DNA of 24,820 bases. Source: Thermoplasmata archaeon (GTDB taxonomy: Archaea > Thermoplasmatota > Thermoplasmata > SG8-5 > JAGLSY01). Made by a program: the position numbers and the translations under genes. Position 1 is the first letter of the stretch, and each line of letters starts with the position of its first letter. The stretch is from assembly GCA_023135545.1 (NCBI GenBank), contig JAGLSY010000004.1, positions 1 to 24,820 on the forward strand. The letters are read 5' to 3'. This document shows, piece after piece, positions 7,108 through 15,902 of the stretch. The notes beneath the pieces are model-generated. The model saw only the letters and a list, made by a program, of their open reading frames with translations, made no database searches and was not told the DNA's origin.

Positions 7108-9915
7108 ATGAAAGTGAAATTACTGGCAGTCACTATGACTGCCATGATGATAATGAGTGGGCTAGGGATTATGAGTGTCGGGAGCAATGTAGAAACTAAC
7201 GAAAACTATGGGGCACCAACAAAAACATATGGCTCAGCACCACCCGGCTATGTGCCGCATTCTGTACAGAGAACTGCACTTGCCGAGGATTTTACAGAGT
7301 GGGGCTGCGGCCCTTGTGCGGGTCATAACCCTCAATGGACGGGGGCCATCGATGCGGTTGGGTATGATATTGTGGCTCCGGCATATGTTCACGTATGGTG
7401 GCCGGTGGGAACCGACCCTATATACGCGTATTGCGACGGAGACGGCTCGGTGACCGAGAGGGTTAATTATTACGGGGTTTTAGGTGTTCCAGATACCTTC
7501 CTTGATGGAGGGGATATCGCTACAGGACAAACCCAAGCTGCATATGAAACAGCATTCCAGAACGCGGCAGCAATACCATCCTCAATAATTCTGGACACGT
7601 CAGGGAGCAATATAAATGATGTCTTGCTGGATGGTGTATTGAACCTGCACATAGAAGCATCAGATGCCATTGCCTCTTCAAACCTAAAGGTCTTTGTTTA
7701 CCTCTGGGAAACCAATATTATCAGAGCCCTGGACGGAGATGCACCACCATATCCCAACGGTGAAACAGAATTAGATTGGGCCGTATGGGACATATTACCA
7801 GATGGTGGAACTGGCGACCCGATTTGGCCCGCCGGTGCCAGCCCCGGAGACTGGATCGATGTTTCTTACCCCCTCACACTCGGCGCAGACTGGGTTGCCG
7901 ATGATATCGGATGCACGGTGTTCATTCAGGATACCACAACGAGGGAAGTGTACCAGGCAACTGTCGAGCTTTTCGATAATCAACCCCCGGTAGTATCTCT
8001 GGATACACCAGATTCATACCTCGCTGAACAGGTTCTGGGCGGAACCATTCCGATAACATGGACAGCTACCGATTATGAGGATGATGACACCACACTGGAC
8101 ATATCAATTGATTACAGTGCCGACGGTGGAAACACCTGGATCAACATAATGAGCGGCACGGACAATAATGTCGCGCCCTTCACATTTAACTGGGACACTG
8201 ACGGTATAATCCCAGATGGAATTGGATACAAGCTTCGGGTCAAGGCCCTTGACTCCCTAGGCAACTTCAGATTAGCTACCAGCTCTGAGTGCCTCACCAT
8301 AGACAATATAGCAGATGATGAATGGTACTTCCAGGTGGAATCCACCGGGGCTTTGCAGGACCTGAGCATACAGCCTGCCGAAACCTCCATTAATATTGAG
8401 ACCACCGCGGACATAACGGTCGCAGGCGATTACCAGGTGGGAGCCTGGGAGACCATCCAGACCTTCAGCGGCAAGAGCATCAACGGTGACTGGACCTTCA
8501 GAACATACGGAAAGACGCCTAACCCAGGTCTGGTTGCGTTGGAGGGATATCTTTACGCAAAGGTCTTCTCATCTTCAAACCTGGCAACACCGATTTACAC
8601 GACCGCCCTGGACAACGAGGACGTCGGAACCTTCCAGACATCTCATTTATTTGAATGGACCGAAGCATTGTCCGGTGATATTGTATCCGGAGACAGTCTG
8701 GTGATAGAGATATGGCTTAATGTGGTCGGCGGACCATACACCAGCGGTTACGGTGAGACACTGAACCCCGGCTTTGATACCGATGCCTCATCCTGGGCCT
8801 TCAATATTTGGGTCGATGGTGACGGAAAAGGATTAACTACTGGCAGCTACCAGGCAGCAGGTGGAAATCCCGGCGGATACGTGGATATTTATCTTCCAAA
8901 CCCCCAGGGCAAGCCCAATGATTACTATGAATATTCAGGATATTGGGAGCAATCATTCACCACTGGATTCGTGCCTTATTCCGCCACGCTGTTGGTTGAT
9001 TTCAAATACATTGTACCAAGCGCGGATACAACGACAATAACATACTTTGCATTTGTGGACACTGCACCCGGAACACCGGTATTGGGCACAGAGGTCTGGA
9101 GCACCACCGTCGAGGCCATTACCCCATGGATAACAGTGGAGCCTACTGATTTGAGCCATGTCGTCAATGCAGATACAACCTATTACCTGAAAATGGCCTT
9201 CAAACACGACTCCATAAACATGGGCGAAGGGCCCTGCATTGGCGGATACGACAATATCCAACTGGTCTGGGAGAACTCCTATCCTGTATTCGAGATGGAA
9301 TATGATTATGGCCCGTCACAATCCAATGTTGTTCCAACCATCGGAGTCGGAGTGCCGCCAATAAACTACAATATAGACACCAGCGGAGAATCGGCCAATG
9401 GCTGGGTATTCGTATCCTTCCCGATAACGGCAACTGGACCTGTTACGACGGTCTTCGATGACACATTCTGGGGCGGAGGCGGCGGTACTACATGGGACAT
9501 AATCATGTGGTACGACCCGGCAGATGTCGGTGGAGACCACTGGAAGTCCTACAACAAACTGCAAGAGGCTGCCGGAATTACCCAGGACATGCCAAATGTC
9601 AATAACAGAATGGGCGTGTGGGTGCATCTTCTGACCAATGACAATGCATTGACCATTGGAGAAGGTCAAAACCCAGCAGGTACGACAGTTGACCTGGATA
9701 TCGGCTGGAACCTGGTTGGATACCCATCCCTATCAGGGACATACAGTGCAGGAGACCTGAAGGCCGATTCAGATGATGGTGGAATGCTGATAGAGCGCTT
9801 CAACGATGCCGCAGCATACGACCTTGAATCTATGCCTGATGGAGACAACTTCCTGGCAGGAAATGCCTACTGGGTCTACGCCACTGCAGCATACGGCTGG
9901 ATAGTAGCACCATAA
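7108..9915 (+). CDS. Secreted multidomain protein (935 aa): signal peptide, Omp28-type thioredoxin domain (CGPC) with C-terminal beta-sandwich, Ig/FN3-like domain with Asp-box, beta-rich domains, C-terminal duplicated GW(N/V)xVxxP domain
   Basis: GGAGG RBS; N-terminal signal peptide; RTALAEDFTEWGCGPC...YGVLGVPDTFLDG...VFIQDTTTREVYQA resembles Omp28; SADGGNTW Asp-box at 8107-8139; NGWVFVSFP and IGWNLVGYP repeats; no C-terminal TM. Confidence 0.85.
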   Translation: MKVKLLAVTMTAMMIMSGLGIMSVGSNVETNENYGAPTKTYGSAPPGYVPHSVQRTALAEDFTEWGCGPCAGHNPQWTGAIDAVGYDIVAPAYVHVWWPVGTDPIYAYCDGDGSVTERVNYYGVLGVPDTFLDGGDIATGQTQAAYETAFQNAAAIPSSIILDTSGSNINDVLLDGVLNLHIEASDAIASSNLKVFVYLWETNIIRALDGDAPPYPNGETELDWAVWDILPDGGTGDPIWPAGASPGDWIDVSYPLTLGADWVADDIGCTVFIQDTTTREVYQATVELFDNQPPVVSLDTPDSYLAEQVLGGTIPITWTATDYEDDDTTLDISIDYSADGGNTWINIMSGTDNNVAPFTFNWDTDGIIPDGIGYKLRVKALDSLGNFRLATSSECLTIDNIADDEWYFQVESTGALQDLSIQPAETSINIETTADITVAGDYQVGAWETIQTFSGKSINGDWTFRTYGKTPNPGLVALEGYLYAKVFSSSNLATPIYTTALDNEDVGTFQTSHLFEWTEALSGDIVSGDSLVIEIWLNVVGGPYTSGYGETLNPGFDTDASSWAFNIWVDGDGKGLTTGSYQAAGGNPGGYVDIYLPNPQGKPNDYYEYSGYWEQSFTTGFVPYSATLLVDFKYIVPSADTTTITYFAFVDTAPGTPVLGTEVWSTTVEAITPWITVEPTDLSHVVNADTTYYLKMAFKHDSINMGEGPCIGGYDNIQLVWENSYPVFEMEYDYGPSQSNVVPTIGVGVPPINYNIDTSGESANGWVFVSFPITATGPVTTVFDDTFWGGGGGTTWDIIMWYDPADVGGDHWKSYNKLQEAAGITQDMPNVNNRMGVWVHLLTNDNALTIGEGQNPAGTTVDLDIGWNLVGYPSLSGTYSAGDLKADSDDGGMLIERFNDAAAYDLESMPDGDNFLAGNAYWVYATAAYGWIVAP

Positions 9916-9937
9916 GCCAAACAGGACAAGCCAAAAT

Positions 9938-9974
9938 AGGGAAGGTTAAGTGCCTTCCCTCCATTTCATTTTTG
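9938..9974 (+). terminator. Hairpin plus T-rich tract after the 935-aa gene
   Basis: AGGGAAGG-ttaagtg-CCTTCCCT (8-bp perfect stem, 9938-9960) followed by CCATTTCATTTTTG. Confidence 0.6.
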
Positions 9975-10044
9975 ATTGAACAACCATCATAAACAATATA
10001 GGAAAAAAGAATCACAGTAGCATAAACATATAGAGGGATATAAA

Positions 10045-12765
10045 ATGAAGAAAGCCATTAGCATGATGATTACTGGTATATTATTCACAGCTCTTTTAGT
10101 GAGCGGCGTTGCCCCATTTATGACAGCGCAGCCAGAACCAGAGCAAACGACCGGGATTATGCCTATATACGAGGTTTACATGACACCCGAGCACCCCATC
10201 GGCGCCAGCGACTGGATGGGCGCAACCGAAAAGGTCTCGGGGAACGATGCCGATCAAATTACGCTCCATGTTAAGGCTGACCCCATTGCGAATTGGGCAG
10301 AGGTCAGGACCGGGTTCTGTAATAACAACACCTGTGTGGATGTTTGGGATGAATTCAACCCTTGGTATGAGATGACACATCTTGGCAACGGAGAGTTCGA
10401 ATATGTCTTGCCCGGCGACCACTTAAATGAACTGGATAAATTTTATTTGGCTTCAGAAAGCGACTTGATGTACGTAACTTATCAGATATTGGTGGGAATT
10501 GATCCTAGCTGGGTTGATTATTCATATTATCCTGATTATAACGGTAATGCCCTTGACCTGCAGGACGATGAATATGTTAAATTCTACCCCACCTGGGCAC
10601 CGACCCAGACAAATGCCACCAGCCAGGTTTCCAAAGCTGTGTTGTATCCTGGAGAGACCTTCTGGGTGAACGGTACGTCCAATTACTGGAACAGCACGTC
10701 CTATCCTGGTGATTACTCGAAGCTGATTCCGGTTTCACAAACCAACGTAACTGTTTCATTCAATCCCTCCCAGACCATTAAGACCGATGATAATGGAAAT
10801 TATTCATTCCAGTTCACGGCCCCCCTGGCCCCCAGCACTTACATGGTGAACACCACCTTGACCAATAATACACCAAACTGGAACGGTAACCAAACTAGAA
10901 ACGTGCCGTGTGTTTCCCCTGAAACTCAAATTGAGGTCCTGGACTTCGATATTGAGGTCAACGCCGTGCCCAATGCCACCTACCCGAACAAGGACATTTC
11001 CGTGAATGGAGATGTGCTTTGGGGGGATGCCAGTGCAGTTACCACAGGCTCTCCGGTCAGCATATCCATTGTCGAAACTGGCGATTCCTGGAACACGAAC
11101 ACTAACGCGGCCGGCCATTATGACCAGACCATCACGGTTCCGGGCATTGCCCAAGCATACACAATTCAAGTTGAGGTTGATGACACAGCCACTGGCCATG
11201 TCAATACCAATCAGACCGAGTTGACCGTGAGAACTCCATCAATGATGCTTTCAGTTGAGGCCAGTTCCTCCACAACCCTTCCAGACCAGACCTTGACAAT
11301 GACCGGCCATGCAGAATACGGAAATAGCGATATCGCAGACAGCTGCGAGGTCAACATAACAATTGACGGAGAGACCGGATACTGGAACGGTACGACAGAT
11401 GTAAATGGCAACTATTCCATCAACATAACCACGCCATTGACCGTCGGAAACTACACGGTGAATGCCACGGTCGAAAGCACCCTGTACGGAATAAGCGACG
11501 AGGAACAAACCGATATTCAAGTGGTGGCAGTGCCCGTGCCAGATCTCACGATAGTGGCCAGTTCGGTGACCATAACCGCCCCTGATGGAATGTTCGAGGG
11601 CGAGGAAGTCAACTTCACTGCGATGGTGAAGAATGTTGGTATAGCCAACGCGACCGATGTTCTCGTCAGCTTCCTGGTGGATGGGGTTGAAGTTGATAAT
11701 GAAACAGTTGATCTTCTGATCGGCGCAAATACCACAATCACGGTAACATGGCCGGCAGTTGCAGGGAATCATACTCTTAACATATCGGCGGACCCGGAAA
11801 ACACAATTACAGAGTCATTCGAGAACAACAATGTAGCCACCAAGGCCTTCGACATAGACATGGACACGGACGGCGACGGAATAGGCGACCTTACTGACCC
11901 GGATATTGATGGAGATGGCTACAACAACACCGATGATGATTTCCCGGAGGATGCGACAGAGTGGCTGGACTCGGATGAAGATGGAGAAGGTGACAACGCA
12001 GATACCGATGACGATGGCGACGGCGTGCCGGATGTCGATGACGACTTCCCGCTGGACCCCACTGAGGACACGGACACAGATGATGATGGGGTTGGTGACA
12101 ATGCAGACACAGATGATGATGGCGACGGGGTGCTTGATGTCGATGATGCCTTCCCGCTGGATGATGCTGAAACAGCCGATTATGATGGGGATGGAATAGG
12201 CGACAATGCCGACCCGGATGATGATGAGGACGGCTACCTGGACGCTTCCGAGGACCCCGAGCTGTGGGACACGGACAATGACGGATTGACCAATGACATC
12301 GACAATGACGATGACAATGATGGGACACTTGACACCTCAGATACCATGCCCCTTGACACCGACAATGACGGCCTGACCAATGCCGAGGACGATGATGACG
12401 ATGGGGATGGGGTTCTAGATAAGGATGAGGACCTGAACTGGAACGGCATTGTCGATGATAATGAGACCAGTCCTACAAACTCGGACACGGATGGGGATGG
12501 GGTGGATGACAAGGAGGACTATGATCCACTGGACCCCGAGGTCAGCCTGAGCTCGGACGTGAATGATGGTGATGGTGGCTTGATCATCTTTGGCATTGTA
12601 GGCATAGTTCTTATAGTCGCAGCCATCTTGGGAATGATGATGATGTCCAAGGGCAAGGGCCCGGGTAATACTGGAACAGAAGAAACCGAGCCAGAAGCCA
12701 AAGAAGATACTGCTGCAACTGAATCAGCCGAGGCCCCGGAGACACCAGTCAACAAGACCGATTAA
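10045..12765 (+). CDS. Membrane-anchored surface protein (906 aa): signal peptide, C-x4-C domain, Ig-like repeats, CARDB domain, thrombospondin type-3 Ca-binding repeats, C-terminal TM, acidic tail
   Basis: MKKAISMMITGILFTALLVSGVAP signal; TDDNGNYS/TNAAGHYD/TDVNGNYS Ig repeats; PDLTI...VKNVG...ADPENTITESFENNN (CARDB); DxDxDGxGD repeats; TM GGLIIFGIVGIVLIVAAILGMMMM. Confidence 0.88.
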   Translation: MKKAISMMITGILFTALLVSGVAPFMTAQPEPEQTTGIMPIYEVYMTPEHPIGASDWMGATEKVSGNDADQITLHVKADPIANWAEVRTGFCNNNTCVDVWDEFNPWYEMTHLGNGEFEYVLPGDHLNELDKFYLASESDLMYVTYQILVGIDPSWVDYSYYPDYNGNALDLQDDEYVKFYPTWAPTQTNATSQVSKAVLYPGETFWVNGTSNYWNSTSYPGDYSKLIPVSQTNVTVSFNPSQTIKTDDNGNYSFQFTAPLAPSTYMVNTTLTNNTPNWNGNQTRNVPCVSPETQIEVLDFDIEVNAVPNATYPNKDISVNGDVLWGDASAVTTGSPVSISIVETGDSWNTNTNAAGHYDQTITVPGIAQAYTIQVEVDDTATGHVNTNQTELTVRTPSMMLSVEASSSTTLPDQTLTMTGHAEYGNSDIADSCEVNITIDGETGYWNGTTDVNGNYSINITTPLTVGNYTVNATVESTLYGISDEEQTDIQVVAVPVPDLTIVASSVTITAPDGMFEGEEVNFTAMVKNVGIANATDVLVSFLVDGVEVDNETVDLLIGANTTITVTWPAVAGNHTLNISADPENTITESFENNNVATKAFDIDMDTDGDGIGDLTDPDIDGDGYNNTDDDFPEDATEWLDSDEDGEGDNADTDDDGDGVPDVDDDFPLDPTEDTDTDDDGVGDNADTDDDGDGVLDVDDAFPLDDAETADYDGDGIGDNADPDDDEDGYLDASEDPELWDTDNDGLTNDIDNDDDNDGTLDTSDTMPLDTDNDGLTNAEDDDDDGDGVLDKDEDLNWNGIVDDNETSPTNSDTDGDGVDDKEDYDPLDPEVSLSSDVNDGDGGLIIFGIVGIVLIVAAILGMMMMSKGKGPGNTGTEETEPEAKEDTAATESAEAPETPVNKTD
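11851..12537 (+). repeat. Asp-rich thrombospondin type-3-like repeat tract
   Basis: Repeated D(T/M/Y)D(G/D/N)DG..(D/N) and D.FP.D units. Confidence 0.9.
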
Positions 12766-12774
12766 GGTAATAAT

Positions 12775-15729
12775 ATGCAGCTGGCCACCTATCGTAGGAC
12801 CTCACAGATCGCCTTCCTAGTGCTTACACTGGCCGGGATACTCTTCGGCCTCAGTGCGACCGGAATAATATATCCCTACTTCTTCTGCTACTCATGTCCC
12901 TGGGATATCGGGGCATGTCCAATCGGGATACTGGAACACTCGGTCATCGACATACAGATAGAGGGATTGTTCTGGACGGGCATGGCAATGCTGGGATTCC
13001 TTATCGGATTCATGGTCCTGATTGGCATGATATTCGGAAGAGGCTTCTGCGGCTGGGGCTGCCCGGTGGGTGCCCTGCAGGATGTGACACGAAAGACCGG
13101 CATTGGTAAGTTCCTCAACAAGAAGATAGGAGGGGAGATCGACCACCGTGTCAAGTACATCAAGTATCTGATTTTGATATCCATTCCCATCCTGTCCTAC
13201 TGGGCCAAGGACCTGTTCTATACCACCTTCTGCCCGGTCGGCGGAATAACCGGGACTGTTCCCACCCTGACATTCTACTTTTCTGAATGGACGCTAGGAA
13301 CCACCTTCCCTATCAAGATTACCTCCATCGTGCTTTTCGTGATACTTATCCTCCTGGTCGTTAGGGGATGGTGCAAGTATCTGTGCCCGGTCGGAGCATT
13401 CCTGGCCCCCTTGAATTACAAGGCTGGTGTGAACCTTTCAAGAAAGGAAGAGACATGTGCCAACTGTAATCTCTGCGAGCGGGCCTGCCCAATGGACGTG
13501 AAGGGCATGGGAAGGCATGAGGATGCGGAGTGCATTCTCTGCGGCAGGTGCGTGGATGTTTGCCGACACAAATCACTAAAACTGGGTTCGAGATTTGCCA
13601 AGGGAAGGATGGTTGGTTTCCTGCCCTGGATAATCGTAATCATACTGGCATCCAGTCTAATGATCTCCGGGGCCTATTACAGTGGATATGAAAGGGTGGA
13701 TGCAATAAACGCCATTCCCTGTCTGGGATGCCTGGCCCTTGACCCTGTCAGCCCCGATGACTGGTTCTTTTACGATGAGGATACAAACACCCATCAGCAA
13801 TTCGTGCTGGATGACCTCGAAAGCGGCCCTGTATTCCTCCACTATCGAACCATCGTGTGCGCGGCATGCGATGAGATGGAGCCTTACATCGAAGAACTTG
13901 AAGAGGACTACGGCAACCGGATAAAATTCATCCACATAAACCTGGACCTGGCACCCGAGGATGAGGTAGCCAGTTACTACGATTATGATATCCTGGGCAC
14001 GCCGGATGACACCTCCGGGGTTCCGCTCTTCGCCATCGTGACACTCAACGAGACGGCAGATGGAAATGTCCCGATTTTCAAGTCGGTCTACGGCTCGTCC
14101 AGTGATGGCGGCAGGTCCAAGAAGGGCGACCTGGAGAAAGTGATTGTGAACGCTACGGCCATGTACCAGGAGGTTGCCGGCTCCATCGTGATAATCGACT
14201 CGGAGAAGATGCCGATGGTAGAGCTCTTCGTTGATATGAACTGTGTCTGGTGCCCTTCCTCGGAGGATGCACTGGTCGAGCTGGAGCATGAGGGCATCAC
14301 GAACTACATCACCTACACAACCGATGTCGTCGGCGTGTCTGGCAATTATTCGACTTACAGGGAGATTGAACATCAGGGCTCGATTAACGGGTTGACAGCG
14401 AGCCAGGGCCATCCCTGGGCCGTGTTCAACGGCGGGCCAATCAACAACCTGGGTGGAGGAGGCGGGATAAAAGATGATTATCTGGTGGATCTGGCTGTGT
14501 CAGGTTATTCACCGGTAAATCTCTCCATCGACGGAACCCTAGGTGAGGAATCACAGAACCTCCAGGCCAGCATCACCCTTTCCAATCCTGATGAGGTAAG
14601 TCAATCGATTGATGTGAAGGCCATGCTGGTCGAAAAGATATCACAATTTCCCAACATCCGCGGAGACCCAATACCCAATGCCTTCATTGACATTCTGGTG
14701 AACCAGACCTATGATATCGGTTCCGGTGAAACCGAGGCAATCAATGTCACCTGGGATGGGACAGATGTGTTACCTTATTCGGATTTCAGGCTGAGCAATC
14801 TGGCCCTTGTGGTTTCGGCATGGGAGGATGGAGTTCTAATAAACTCGAAGACCATCGATGCCGGAATCGAGGAGGCCCTGCTCTGGGAAGTGGATGATGA
14901 CCATCTGTCAGTCCGGCCCAACACCACCGCCTATGTCGAACTCACCTTGTGGAATTATCTGGATTCTGAATTGACAGTAAACCTCTCGGCCATCGTGCCA
15001 AATGCCAATTGGGTCGTCAACCTTTCGGCGGACAATGCAACAATTCCGGCACTGGGCTCCCATACCATAACCGCAGATATAACCAACTCGGATACCGCAC
15101 TGGGCGATTTGGCAGAGATCAGGATCAGGGCCAGGGGTGTCATCGACTCGACGGTTGACATAAGCCGGAAGATTGAAATCGTCGTGAAAGACGACATACT
15201 GCCGCCTACAATAGCATCTTCGGATTACGAGCCCCGTGAGCCGCTGGCCACCGACCAGATTAACATGTCCGCCATGATTGGCGATCTGTCGCCGCTCAAA
15301 TCCGTCAAGCTACTTTACTACTCCTGCACCGACGAGGTCTGCTCCCCAACTTTCGAACTGAACATGACCACCCAGGATGGGAACACCTACACGGCCAGTG
15401 CCTTCCCTGTCGAGGTCGAGCACAACATATTCCACTACAAGATCATAGCTACTGACGAGGCCGACAATGTTCAGGAATCGGAATGGTACGATGTGGAGCT
15501 GGAGCCAGTCCTTCCGCCGGAGCATCATCAGGGCGGTGATACAGGCACTTTCAACACCTTCGGAATCGCCGGCCTTCTGATATTCGCCATGGTGGCCATC
15601 GGCCTCAATATTGCCAGGATAAAGCAGAACCCAAAGAAAAAAATTGAGAAAAAGGAAGATGAAGAAGAAATTTCCAAAGAGCCAGATGTGGAATCTTTGG
15701 AAGAAGTTGCCCCAAACACAAAGCAATGA
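12775..15729 (+). CDS. Fusion protein (984 aa): NapH/MauN/CcoG-type 4-TM polyferredoxin with 2x[4Fe-4S], TM, CxxC linker, thioredoxin domain, Omp28-type thioredoxin domain, Ig-like stalk, C-terminal TM
   Basis: CYSCP..GACPIG (C38); GRGFCGWGCPVG, FCPVG and RGWCKYLCPVGA; ferredoxin motifs CANCNLCERAC (C228) and CILCGRCVDVC (C253); TM aa ~279-302; CLGC (C316); CAAC (C362) with GVP; CVWC (C490) with GHP; TM aa ~929-947. Gap of 9 nt from the upstream gene. Confidence 0.9.
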   Translation: MQLATYRRTSQIAFLVLTLAGILFGLSATGIIYPYFFCYSCPWDIGACPIGILEHSVIDIQIEGLFWTGMAMLGFLIGFMVLIGMIFGRGFCGWGCPVGALQDVTRKTGIGKFLNKKIGGEIDHRVKYIKYLILISIPILSYWAKDLFYTTFCPVGGITGTVPTLTFYFSEWTLGTTFPIKITSIVLFVILILLVVRGWCKYLCPVGAFLAPLNYKAGVNLSRKEETCANCNLCERACPMDVKGMGRHEDAECILCGRCVDVCRHKSLKLGSRFAKGRMVGFLPWIIVIILASSLMISGAYYSGYERVDAINAIPCLGCLALDPVSPDDWFFYDEDTNTHQQFVLDDLESGPVFLHYRTIVCAACDEMEPYIEELEEDYGNRIKFIHINLDLAPEDEVASYYDYDILGTPDDTSGVPLFAIVTLNETADGNVPIFKSVYGSSSDGGRSKKGDLEKVIVNATAMYQEVAGSIVIIDSEKMPMVELFVDMNCVWCPSSEDALVELEHEGITNYITYTTDVVGVSGNYSTYREIEHQGSINGLTASQGHPWAVFNGGPINNLGGGGGIKDDYLVDLAVSGYSPVNLSIDGTLGEESQNLQASITLSNPDEVSQSIDVKAMLVEKISQFPNIRGDPIPNAFIDILVNQTYDIGSGETEAINVTWDGTDVLPYSDFRLSNLALVVSAWEDGVLINSKTIDAGIEEALLWEVDDDHLSVRPNTTAYVELTLWNYLDSELTVNLSAIVPNANWVVNLSADNATIPALGSHTITADITNSDTALGDLAEIRIRARGVIDSTVDISRKIEIVVKDDILPPTIASSDYEPREPLATDQINMSAMIGDLSPLKSVKLLYYSCTDEVCSPTFELNMTTQDGNTYTASAFPVEVEHNIFHYKIIATDEADNVQESEWYDVELEPVLPPEHHQGGDTGTFNTFGIAGLLIFAMVAIGLNIARIKQNPKKKIEKKEDEEEISKEPDVESLEEVAPNTKQ

Positions 15730-15902
15730 GTTCTGTGAGTTATTCTCCAACTCATTAAGCACCTCAACTGGCCAGCGTGGGTCCCAGTGTCAGATAGCAT
15801 GGGTCTCAGCATTATACATTATGGTGGGGGATGGTAGGAGGGCATGGATAGCACCAATGGCGGAGGTTTCAACGCACTAACCCCCAACTCCATAAACTCC
15901 CA
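15728..15902. repeat. GAGTT-type repeats directly after both convergent stop codons
   Basis: + strand GAGTTCTGTGAGTT at 15728-15741; - strand GGAGTTTATGGAGTT downstream of the stop at 15903. Confidence 0.55.

Noticed and set aside
11891-12755. His/Arg-, Met- or Ser-rich alternative-frame ORFs over the TSP3 tract
   Set aside because: By-products of the repetitive GAY-rich Asp codons of the real gene.
13657-14412. 251-aa minus-strand ORF
   Set aside because: Antisense shadow of the thioredoxin region of the fusion gene, with no motifs or RBS.
15540-15620. PGF-CTERM/archaeosortase signal on the anchored proteins
   Set aside because: No PGF motif precedes the TM, and all three anchored proteins have long cytoplasmic tails.
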